A stretch of 64,000 nt of DNA from Octopus vulgaris. Its lineage: Eukaryota. The notes below the pieces were generated by a model that did not search any database, had not been told where the DNA came from, and was given only the letters and a program-made list of their open reading frames with translations. Below are positions 53,205-64,000 of the stretch, piece after piece (position 1 is the stretch's first letter; each line of letters opens with the position of its first letter). The DNA lies in NCBI GenBank assembly GCA_951406725.2, contig OX597824.1, forward strand, positions 34,410,001-34,474,000, read 5' to 3'. The translations under genes were made by a program, and so were the position numbers.

Positions 53205-53612
53205 TAAGAGTGGCTGTGTGGTAAGTAGCTTGCTTACGAACCACATGGTTCCGCGTTCAGTCCCACTGCGTGGCACCTTGGGCAAGTGTCTTCTGCTATA
53301 GCCTCGGGCCGACCAAAGCTTTGTGAATGGATTTAGTAGACGGAAACTGAAAGAAGCCCGTCGTATATATGTGTATATATATGTGTATGTTTGTGTGTTG
53401 TGTTTGCCCCCTTCACCCAACATCGCTTGACAACCGATGCTGGTGTGTTTACACCCCCGTAACTTAGCGGTTCGGCAAAAGAGACTGATAGAATAAGTAC
53501 TAGGCTTACAAAGAATAAGTCCTGGGGTCGATTTGCTCGACTAAAGGCGGTGCTCCAGCATGGCTGCAGTCAAATGACTGAAACAAGTAAATGAAAATGA
53601 AAAAATGAAAAT
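53205..53612 (+). mobile_element. SINE family A
   Basis: gagtggctgtgtggtaag...gtggcaccttgggcaagtg...gaaacaagtaaa. Further partial copies at about 33119-33390, 38210-38490, 39145-39300, 46172-46425, 47670-47835, 63207-63337. Confidence 0.9.
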
Positions 53613-53699
53613 ATGTATAACATTGTATATAATATATAAAATATAAAAATACCAGTAATTATTAAAATATATAACGTAGAGCATAGAAAGTAGAATAGT

Positions 53700-53823
53700 A
53701 TCTTACAGCTGTTTCAGCCAAGAGGGCATAGTACCCCAGTTTACTTCCATCCCTTCAGTGAATTGAAGTATTTGGTAGATAAGATTAAGGTACTTGGGTG
53801 TGCCTCTGGGCTTCGTCAGAGAG
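53700..53823 (-). ncRNA. Type I hammerhead ribozyme motif with long stem-loop II
   Basis: Minus strand: TCT-CTGACGA-AGCCCAGAGG...CCTCTTGGCT-GAAA-C-AGCT-G-TA-AGA; palindromic loop III; stem I only 3 bp. Confidence 0.68.
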
Positions 53824-54232
53824 TTTAGAAAGTTCATAAGGTTAAGTTATAAATATACATACACACATACACACTTTTACAAATACATACATATACATAA
53901 ATACATATCTATACATGTATATGTATAAACATACAAAGGAGTTAATTATTATTATTATTAGGTGTATTATATTATTCTTATTAGATAAAGTATAAACAGA
54001 GGAAAGAAAAATTATCAAAAGAGAAATAATAGTGGAATTTAAACAATCGATATATATTAAGATTATTATTATTGAGGTTATGTAGGAATGAAAAGGTATA
54101 TAAATGAGGAATGCACACACACACACGTACAAACATGCCCATAGGTACATACATATTTCAAGTGTTGAGAAGGGAGGATTACTGTAGTAGTTCGTATTTT
54201 TCTTTTTATTTAATTATAATAATTATTCACAA

Positions 54233-54307
<75 letters not shown>

Positions 54308-54847
54308 CACACACTTAAACATGCGATATATTTTCTATTGAGGGCTTGAGGTAACGGTCCACAATAAGTAGATTAGAGTTTATAATAATACTTATGATAT
54401 TAGTCGGTACTACAAGTAATAAATTTCCGAGTATTAATCAAGATACTTTATTATTTTCCGTTACTTTTTGTTTATCGAGTAGCTGAAATCCTGCGGGAAG
54501 TGTGAAGAGGGTTATGGTCAGTCCCGTATTCTAATTGGTCATCTATTGTTTTGAAAGGCCATGACTTTGTTATGGTTGGTTAATGGATAACCGATAGCAT
54601 GAACAACAAATTAGGCAAAAATATATATAAATAAAAACAAAAAAGGGTAAAACAACTCTTTACCCTCACCCATTTATTACATTCAGTAATTATCATGCAA
54701 TGAAAAAAAAAACACTTGTGTATTAATAATTGGGTATTCTACCAGCAGTATATTGGATAGATATTATCCCTAGGTTGGTTGGATTCACAAACTCCAACTC
54801 TCTTGGAATTATATAAGTATATATGTGTGTGTGTGTGTGTGTGTGTA

Positions 54848-55520
54848 TTGATAAAGTCGACCATGGTATGACATGTAACAAGCTGCGTAATCTCGGTATA
54901 GTTGGAAAACTTGGAGAATGGCTACATGATTTTCTAAAAGATAGAAGTCAGATAGTGGCGGGCAATGGGGCAACCTCCAAAGAAACGTAAATATTGAGTG
55001 GTATTCCACAGGGCACTGTCTCGGGGCCACTGCAATTCACAGTGGCTCTCTCAAACATGGCCTCAGTTGCTCAGATAGCCATCCATGTCAGCTATACAGA
55101 TGATACAAAAGTTTTTCAGAGGAAACAGAATTCTGCTCAAGAGTTGAACGCAATGTACAGGCAAGTTGAGGAAAATATCATGCAGCTTAATGCTGGAAAA
55201 TTCCAACCCCTGCGCTACCAGCACACGAAGTTCAATGAGAAGCAGACAAGATAAATTGCCCCAGGAAGGATTGAAATCCTCGAATCAAAATCAATGCGCG
55301 AGCTGGGCATTGACATGAGTAATGATTTATCTTTCCAGGTGCATATTACAAAGTTGGCCGGATGGATCCTTAGAACATTCAGAACGAGAGAACAGGATAT
55401 CATAATTGCCCTCTGTAGGACATTTGTCCACAGCTGTTAAGATTACTGCTCCCAACTATCGCCATCACAGTGTAAAATTAACGACGGAACTCGAACCTAC
55501 ACAAAGAAGATCGTGTTATG
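54848..55520 (+). mobile_element. Degraded LINE RT fragment
   Basis: SGIPQGTVSGPLQF, SYTDDTKV, MQLNAGKFQ, GWILRTF. Confidence 0.8.
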
Positions 55521-56497
55521 CAGGCAGCTCAATATTAGAAGGTGTGAATATATTCTTTTGGTCTAAGTATTTGAAGCATACACAAGAGTATATATCTTGA
55601 TAATAGCAGTATGGGGGAACTGGGATGGGTCTTAAAATACAATAGGGAAACATTTATTATGATATGGATGGGAATATTACTGACAAAGAAGATACTTTCA
55701 ACCTGGACAAACGTCACGTTTTACAAAATGTTAGAAACGGAAGTTATTCAGAGAATGTTAAAAAAAGACTTCAATAGTTTTCTTGTGCAATTTTATTTCG
55801 TTAAATGATAAGATGGAAGTGTTGCGTCAAATACATGAATGGATTCTTTCCTAAAACTCTTCTTTGACATCCTCTTCCGTTTTCCTTTGGCGTGTCTCCT
55901 AGACACTAGTGAATTCAGTTTCACCATTGGTTACTGTCATTTGGATGTTGGTAGTTCTCTTAAAACAAATATAATATCCGGCTAGAGCGTCATTAACTTG
56001 GAAAATGGGTGTCGTTTGCAAAGCTCCTCCAAACTTGAATTTTGTTGTCCAAAGGAGTGGACAGCTGCACTCAAAACACATCCAATAAAAATCAACCTTT
56101 TGAGTTTATCTGTATCCTTGAAATTTGTTGTTAGTTATTCTTTATAGGAAATAACCACTATATGCAAATGTTTATGTATGTATGCATTCGTGTGTGTGTG
56201 TGTGTGTGTGTTCTCTTTTACTTGAGTAAAGTTTTGAATAATTTTACTGTTTCACCTACAGATTGTATTTGCAATGTGTGAGTGTGCGGATTAATTTCTT
56301 TTTCTGAAATGTTCGATTGGTAAGATTACCAATCGGTAAGATCAGCCGTGATGGATATATAATACTATATATTTCGGATAACACACACACACACACCTAA
56401 AATTCAATACACAACGGAAAGAGCTACTAATAGTTTCATACTATTATAATACTTGAACAGGCGTATTCATAAAATACGCTATGTATCTTAAGGCAAT

Positions 56498-56553
<56 letters not shown>

Positions 56554-56907
56554 TAGACTAGACTGCCTGTGAACCGTTGGGACACCTAGAAAGTCTGAAT
56601 TTTATTTCGTGGGATTTTTTCTTTACCGGATTATTTCGCATGCTTTCAACGAATGTAACATCAAAATCATGCGTAAACGGCTCCTTTCCCCAGAAAAGAA
56701 AAGATTTGGCTGTTATTTCTTGTATATCCCGCTACCGCGTAACAGGTATTTCGGGTCCTTCATCGCAAGTAGCTGATACGTGGTAGCAGAGCGTGCTAGA
56801 AATAGCAGCCAAAATCTTTGGAGCTGCGATACGTTGAATGCCCTCGAAAAATTTTTTGTAATGGTATTCTTTTGGGGCGATCTATGACTCTCAGAACTGT
56901 CATCCGA

Positions 56908-57372
56908 ATCAGCTGGTTTTGTTCGTTTATTTCCGTAAATTTTTTTTTATCTATTTACTTTTGCTTTGAAGTGAAAAGGAGGAGAAAGTGAAAGATGTAT
57001 GAACATGTATATGAAACGGACGTGTGCATGTGTGTGTGTGAGAGAGAGAGAGAGAGACAGAGAGAGAGAGAGTACCACTTGCACATACATGAGAACACAC
57101 ACGTTCACTCACTCATTCTCTCTCATACACACATGCACACGTACATACAAAAAAGATGTACGCATATGTATTGATGTATGTACGTATACATGACAACACA
57201 CCCCTTCGCGCACTCTCTCTTTCTTTCCCTCTCTTTTTCTCTCTCACTCTCTCTCTCACGTCCATTTCATATACACGTACATACATCTTTCACTTTCTCC
57301 TCTCTTTCACTTTAAAACAAAAGTAAATAAATTTTTTAAAATTGTTACAGAAATTAACGAATTCCAGATGAT
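56908..57372. repeat. Foldback/MITE-like inverted repeat (about 115-bp arms)
   Basis: ggagaaagtgaaagatgtatg..gtatatgaaacggacgtg vs cacgtccatttcatatac..catacatctttcactttctcc. Confidence 0.7.
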
Positions 57373-57461
57373 AAGCGAAAGATCGTCACTCACTTGAAAA
57401 TAATTTTTAAATCATTAAAATATTGTCTGTTTAAAGAAATCTAAGATATAACTACTTACTG

Positions 57462-58898
57462 GGCGAAAGTAAAGAATACGAGGGACGTTCGATAAGTAAT
57501 GCCTCTGACCCACTTGTAGTTGTTTGATCTAGCTGAAATTTTGCATGTGCAATCAATTATATCTCTATAGAGTAAGTGGCAAATTACAGCACTGAATTAA
57601 TTGTGGTTTCTGATTTACAGGTGTTTGAACCGAGTCAAGTGTGAAATGGAGCCTGTTGAGTGTCGAGCAGTGATCCGGTTTTTGTATTTGAAAGGACGCA
57701 CACCACGGGAGACTTTTGATGAAATGAAAGTAACTTATGGTGATGATGCCCCATCATATGACCTTGTAAAACGCTGGTATCGTGAATTCAAACATGGTCA
57801 GAACTCTGTGGAAACAGCTCCCAGATCTGGTCGCCTCCTTCTGCCATTGATGAGGCATCTGTCCATCAAGTTGAGGCTGCCATTTTGGAAGATCGACGCA
57901 TAACTATTCGCCAAATAGCCCTTGAGGTCAAGATTAGTACCGGGTCTTTGGAAACTATCATTCATGACCATTTGCATATGCAAAAGGTATCTGCCAGATG
58001 GATTCCCAGGTTGCTCACGCCTTTCCAGAAGCAAGAACGCGTCGAGTGCTCGAGGGTGAATTTGGAGATGTGCCAAGAAGATGAGTCAAAATTTTTTAAA
58101 AGACTGATTACACAGGATGAAACCTGGGTCCATCACGATGATCCAGAGACCAAAGCCCAGTCAATGCAGTGGAAGCACCGTGACTCACCCCCTCCAAAGA
58201 AGGCAAGGGTGCAGCCCTCCGCTGGCAAGGTCATGCTCAGTCTTCTGGGACCAGGACGGAGTAGTGATGACAGATTTCCTGGCAAAGGGTACCACAATTG
58301 CAGGAGCCTATTATGCTTCACTTTTGAGGAAATTAAGAGAAGTTATCAAAATCAAGAGGCAGGGCAAGATCAGCAAAGGTATCCTCCTCCTGCAGGACAA
58401 CGCTCCGGTCCACAACTTGCTTGTCGCCAGATCAGAAGCACAGGCGTATGGGTATGAACTCCTCCCCATCCCCCCTACTTTCCTGACCTTGCACCCTCTG
58501 ATTTTCACCTCTTCCCAATCATGAAGTTGTTTTTGAAAGGAAAGCATTTCCCAGATGATGCAGCCTTGATTTCTGAAGTCACGTTGAGGTTGGAGGACCA
58601 AGCTGGGTTCTTCTACAAAAACGGTCTCCAGAGCTGCATCAAACGATGGGAGAAATGCGTAACTCTAAGTGGTTCCTATGTAGAAAAAGACTAATAACTG
58701 TGCCAAGTTTCGTTGCTCTACTACTATGGGAAGTGGGTCAGGGGCATTACTTATTGAACGCCCCTCGTATGTACACTCAGTGTTTCGGGCTAGGGTTAGT
58801 GTTAGGATTAGGAATTAGGGCTAGGGTTTAGGGTTTGGATTAGGGTTAGAGTTTTGTTACGCCGAAAACTGGTGGTGTACGTATTCTTTACCTCCGCC
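57462..58898. mobile_element. MITE family 3 (about 146 bp, almost entirely TIRs plus a TTAGGG tract) carrying a nested mariner
   Basis: Perfect 8-bp TSD ACTTACTG (57454-57461 and 58899-58906); TIR GGCG[A/G]A[A/G]GTAAAGAATA[T/C]GTACAC; degenerate (TTAGGG)n at about 58787-58850. Confidence 0.88.
57479..58767 (+). mobile_element. Full-length mariner (DD34D) with frameshifted transposase (57646-58694)
   Basis: 1289 bp, TA TSD, TIR CGAGGG[A/G]CGTTC[G/A]ATAAGTAATGCC; WIPRLL, DETW, QDNAP.H, PDLAPSDF motifs spread over several frames. Confidence 0.95.
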
Positions 58899-59417
58899 AC
58901 TTACTGTACAAACAACTCACATTTTTAAAATCACATTCAGTTAAAAGTATTTTTAAATGATTAAAATATTGTGTATGTCAAAAAGTCGTTTTTTTTTATT
59001 AGAGAGCTCGAAGACTATTTGTGTGCATATGTCATAGATAGCGGACGTGTGTTTGTGTTTATTGGCACACCATGACATTCATTATGTGTGTGTGTATTCT
59101 GTATGTGTGTTGACGTCATGGATGTGATTTTTTTTCCGCCAAGAAATAACAAACAAAAATTGTGTTTAATAATTTTCCTTAATAAATAGAATCCTAAATA
59201 CCACAAAAATTTGTACTGCACTACTGAAGGTAAGTATGAAAACAAATATGCAAAAAATAATAATAATAATAAGATGAAATATTCTATTTCTGAGATATTT
59301 GGGGTACACACAAACATCTTTAGAGTTTTAGTATTATCAAGATATATATTGTTTGTAAAGAACATAAATCTGAAAGAAGCATTCTCTAAGATGTAGAGCA
59401 GTATATATTAAAGATTG

Positions 59418-59494
59418 GAAGGCCGGTTTATGGGATTACCTTAGGTTTCCCTTTATGGACGGGAAACCTAGGCTAATCCCATAAACCAGTCTTC
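59418..59494. repeat. 77-nt near-perfect hairpin between (TA) tracts
   Basis: gaaggccggtttatgggatta..taggtttccc / gggaaaccta..taatcccataaaccagtcttc. Confidence 0.8.
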
Positions 59495-59559
59495 TCCATT
59501 TATATATATATATATATATGTATATATATACGCACACACACACATATATATATACATAT

Positions 59560-59592
<33 letters not shown>

Positions 59593-59619
59593 CATACATA
59601 CACACACACTCACACCCAC

Positions 59620-59927
59620 ATATATATACTATTAAAAATGAACTTCAATCGTGCTTGTTTGCTTGGAATGTTACACAGCCAAACCGGCGTATAATGGGGG
59701 AAATGTACCAGTGAAGGGAGAGAAGAAAATAGTAGTTTAGTAAAGGAGAAGTAGTGAGAGTAATAACCCTGACTGAAAGAGTGAGAGAAAGTAATAGCAA
59801 TGGGGAAAGAAAGGGGTGATAGATGAATAAGGAAGGCAGGGGTGAAAAAAATCAGCGTTTCAACTCAGAGTATGTGTGTGTGTGTGTGTGTGTAAAAGAG
59901 AGGTATGTGAATGCGCGTGCGTATGTG

Positions 59928-59959
<32 letters not shown>

Positions 59960-60166
59960 CAATGGAAATGGGATGGTGAACGTTCAATGCTGAAAAGAAA
60001 ATCAAACAGCTTTCAACTGTATATGTATATGTATATATGTGTGTACATGTACAAGGGAAGAATGTAAATGTTTGTATCTATGATTATCGTGTACCTTATT
60101 TTATACCTTATTCATATATAAAATATTACAATTAGCTGTCATTTTTGACGGCCCAGGGTCAGCTAG
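59620..60166 (+). mobile_element. Non-autonomous Helitron-like element
   Basis: Starts tatactatt in a TA tract; ends with a short GC hairpin tgacggcccagggtca and CTAG|T. Confidence 0.5.
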
Positions 60167-61199
60167 TATATTTATAAATTCCATCCATGGATTATTATTA
60201 TTATCACTATATTTATTCTACATTATATCGGCACAGTTTGATATGATCCCATAAAACTGTTGTTGCAAGTTGGAATCACTAGGCCATAGCTGATATGAAA
60301 GCATAGGAGCTTTTATGTCTGTACTCAAAAACATTTCTCGTTAATGAACTTGGAGGTGTTATAGAGCGAGAAAGAGAGAAGTATGTATATCAGAGGGAAT
60401 ATAGTAGCGGTGAGAGTAGAGGAAAGGAAATGCTAGGCATATAATCACACGCAGCAACCACCTACACAAACGTACTTGATTTACTGAGAACAATAATTTC
60501 TAAAATGGTATCGCTGATATCATCTTCAGGATATGAAAATGATTTTGCTTCTGTGTTACTATTTTGGGTCGAATTTATGTCGACTTTACCGCCAAAGATT
60601 TTGTGATGAGTATTAAGTGATCAGAGGGGAAAACTATTCATTCTTACTTTAACAGCAGGAAATAGAGATACCATGTTACACCACAAAAGGAATAAAATCT
60701 ACTTTACAAGTTGAGAACATTCCCCGGATCCCGACTAGTTCAATGCTCATCCCATTGACACTCGCTGGTGACTCCTGCTTCTTCCTTATCTCATCTCATA
60801 ACATCATACGTCCCTCTAGTCCCACGATCATTCCATGCACAAGGCACGTCTCCCCTCCTTAACATATACATACCAAAAAAATCTACATCAACTGAACAAC
60901 AATAAAAAGATTTCAATGTACACCCTCTCCCTAATCATATCTATGTACATAATCTACAAGTGATAGCCTAACCTCACTATCCTCACATCATCTCATTGTC
61001 GCTCGTACAGCAGGGTGGATGCCGCTCTCTCCGCAATCTTCGCAGAATTGCAGAGTTAGCCTCGAAATCTTTTTATTCTTCGTCGCTAGTCTCATTATCT
61101 GATGTGGTGGTCACTCTATGGATTCGGTATCACATCTACACAAATATTATTCTGGGAATTAACATCAGTTTTCCGGCCTTTGCTCCACCGGGACATACA

Positions 61200-62270
61200 T
61201 CGGATGGTTTTTCTCCCGACTCATCTCAGACCTGAATAGATGCAAGTCCTTCCTCTCCTTCAATACCTGCTGGTACAGTAGTTGCGAACACGGTTCTCAA
61301 GGGCACCGACTCCTCCGCATAGCCTGACCGAACTGACATGTTGTACCAGAATGTAACAGATATATGTTACTGATAGCAGATTATTTAAATATCGCCTCAG
61401 TCAGGGATATACTCCTTCTGGTTATAGCTTTGATTGTTTGATGGGGTATCTTTATGATTCCATTTCTACTCAACCTGTCTATGGCTCTAAAGAAGCCCTT
61501 GACTTTCCACTTTTCTAGCATTTCTCTCTCTTTCTCAGTGACAAAATGTAGTACTGCTTGTCCACCAGCACTTCATTCACTGGACCCTCCTCTCCAAAAA
61601 TATCTCGTTCAGAACCTTAATAATTTCAACTTCAGCCTCTACTCTAATCCTCCTCCATGACGCTATTCGTCTGGGCCAGAGTCAATCATGGTGCAATACA
61701 ACCCTTGACGATAGTGCGTCACTCCCATCACTAATGACTTCCAATTGAACTCCATCTGGTCCCGGAGCCTTCCAGTTGCTTATTTTTTTGCTGATTTCCT
61801 TCACTTCCCCAACCGAAATGACTAGTTCTGCCTGTTTTGGACAGACTACTGTTTGTTTCAGTTCTTGCAACCATTCAGCATCCTTCTTGAGTTCCTTGTC
61901 TTTGCTTCAGATGTCACTCCAAAACCTTTGACTTTCAATGTTATCTGGTATCAACTTTTCATCTGTACACTCTCCATTTATTTCTTTATGGAATCTCTTC
62001 TGAACTACTCTGAATAGTCTATTCTGGTGGTAACCCTTCATTCATTGGTCGTATTTTACCATCTTGCTGTTTCAGTTCTTCCATTACCACTTTCAGGCCC
62101 TTTCTTTCAATTTTATACTTCCTTTTCAGCTCCCTGTATTTTTCTTCGCTTTTAAACTCCCCTTTCTTTTCTCGGTCTAACATAGAAATTTCCTTCGATA
62201 GCATATCTAACCCTGCCTGTATTCTTTTTTTCCACCATGGGTCTTTTCTTTTGTCACTCCCATTATGTAT
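61200..62270 (-). mobile_element. R4/Dong-like non-LTR retrotransposon fragments
   Basis: PWWKKRIQ, LKRKYKI..KGLKVVMEELKQ, KISNWKAPGPDGVQ motifs; deleted and frameshifted. Confidence 0.65.
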
Positions 62271-62453
62271 GTCGATGAGTTTTCAAGTAAGATAACTCTA
62301 AACAACATCCGTTATGTCAGTCTTATTCGAGATTAGATACGATTTCGTAGCTTGTGTTCGCCGATGATTGAAAAGAAGAATGTAATTAAAATTTTCCAAC
62401 TTGGAGATGTGGATGTCATTAAATTTTAACTTAAGCATTGGTTTGCTCTTTAA

Positions 62454-62949
62454 GACAAGACTTCCTTTCGTACTCCCCCACCCGATTTATTTTTTATTTT
62501 AATTTTTTTTAATAGAAATCCCCGTTTTCGGGTACGGAGATTACGAATCTGAAAAAAAAAAAATTGGCAAAAATCGGCATTTCAACCCCCACCTCTCTCT
62601 CTCTCTCTCACAGAGAGAAAGAGAGAGAGAGAGAAATTTTTTCATTTTTTTTACTTTTTCAGAAATATTTTTTTTTTGCAAAATGTGGAAATGGAAAAAT
62701 ACGGAGATTATGATTCTGAAAAAATATCTCCCAAAATGTTTGTAAAATTTCAACTTAGAAAAAAGAAAAAAAAACCTCCCCCTCCCCTCGCAATCTACCC
62801 TTTTCGCCATTGCACATGTGTTGACTTTTACGCTAAAAGTGAAACTTTGGAAGTGAAATTTTGAAATGCCGATATTTGCTCAATTTCTGAGGTTTCTGTA
62901 AAAAAATTTAAAAAATAAGGTGGTGGGGTTTACAAAAGGAAGTCTTTCC
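62454..62949. mobile_element. MITE family 2 relative (no telomeric tract)
   Basis: gacaagacttcctt...aaggaagtctttcc; tctttaa on both flanks. Confidence 0.72.
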
Positions 62950-63338
62950 TCTTTAAATCTTCCTCAGTTCCCTTCTGTTTCACCTAGCATCTATCAATTA
63001 GTGAAATTAATTGAACAGAGTATGCTGTAATATCTATCTTATGTTGAAGTACTCTTATTATACATGGATACATGTTTGAAAAGAAATAAAATTTATTCAA
63101 ATTTTATAACGATATGCAAAAGTTATAGAAGAATAGAACCGAAAAGAAAATGAATAAAATAAAAAACACAACGATGAAAAAAATGAAAATAACATTGGAA
63201 AGAGAATAGCGGTTCGGCAAAAGATACCGATAGAATAAGTACTAGGCTTACAAAGAATAAGTCCTGGGGTCGGTTTGTTCGACTAAAGGCGGTGCTCCAG
63301 CATGGCCTCAGTCAAATGACTGAAACGAATAAAAGAAT

Positions 63339-63608
63339 GGTGGAAAAGTGATTTCCTACCATGTCTTATAATGATAATGACGAGAAAGTCATAAAAATTA
63401 AGAATTTCTATTTAAAAAACTTCATTTCTATATTACGTATATTCATGTCCCAAGGTTCGACAAATTTCATAGTTAGGCAATTTAGGAAAATTGGGACATG
63501 AATATACATAATACAGAAATGAAGTTTTTTTTACATAGAAATTCTTAACTTTTATGACTTTCTCATCATTATCATTTATAAGTCATGGTAGAAAATCAAT
63601 TTCCCACC
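63339..63608. repeat. Foldback MITE-like inverted repeat (about 115-bp arms, about 40-bp spacer)
   Basis: ggtggaaaagtgatttcctaccatg...tgtcccaa / ttgggaca...catggtagaaaatcaattttcccacc. Confidence 0.82.
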
Positions 63609-64000
63609 GCGTGTAATATCTAAAAAAAATATTTTTGGTCGATGGAGTACAAAAGGAGATCTTTCCCACACATGCTTGTTACATTCAATTGAAACTGTCT
63701 TTATTTATAACGCAGTATTGTTGTGGAAAATGACGTTTAGAAATTTCTTACGTATTAACCAATAAAAAGGTTGCTGTATTTACTACAGGATGTAAGCCAA
63801 ACAAACGTTTCGCTTCGGAAGACAGGAGAAAAGGAATGCGAAAAGTTGTAAATAAAATTAGAGGGACAGTTCTGACTGGTGATGACTTAGCATTTTTAAA
63901 AATTTCCTCCGCAGGATTGAGCCTGACTAAAACAAACGGAGTACACATTGGGCATATCGTCACAGACTAATTCTTGTAAGATTAAGATGTTTACATAACG

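Noticed and set aside
54505-54545. TGAAGAGGG...CCCG as a hammerhead
   Set aside because: Lacks the first core C and GAAA; at best a dead remnant

Overview
AT-rich, repeat-dense eukaryotic genomic DNA. The SINE/LINE families, (TA)n and (GAT)n microsatellites and TTAGGG tracts point to an octopus (coleoid cephalopod) genome; this is an inference from repeat content. Host genes: (1) a two-exon minus-strand gene (50693/50771-50496 joined to 45787-44852) for a multi-pass membrane protein resembling the SERINC/ICE2 superfamily; (2) a probably decayed minus-strand spliced gene with a signal peptide and FN3-like segments (exons at 16.8, 12.2 and 3.6 kb). The rest is mostly transposon debris: CR1/L2-like, CRE-like, RTE and R4/Dong-like LINEs, an internally deleted Gypsy nested in a hAT (SPIN/GTF2IRD2-like) element, Chapaev3, Tc1, mariner, piggyBac MITEs, Helitron-like pieces and two tRNA-derived SINE families. 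Most notable: four unrelated elements in or beside (TA)n tracts carry type I hammerhead ribozyme motifs, two of them arranged as spacer-less palindromes (1.2 kb and 0.3 kb); three distinct GG-ended, 8-bp-TSD MITE families carry telomeric TTAGGG tracts; and a 7-unit head-to-tail SINE multimer uses a junction that recurs at an independent locus. All calls were made by eye, without database searches.
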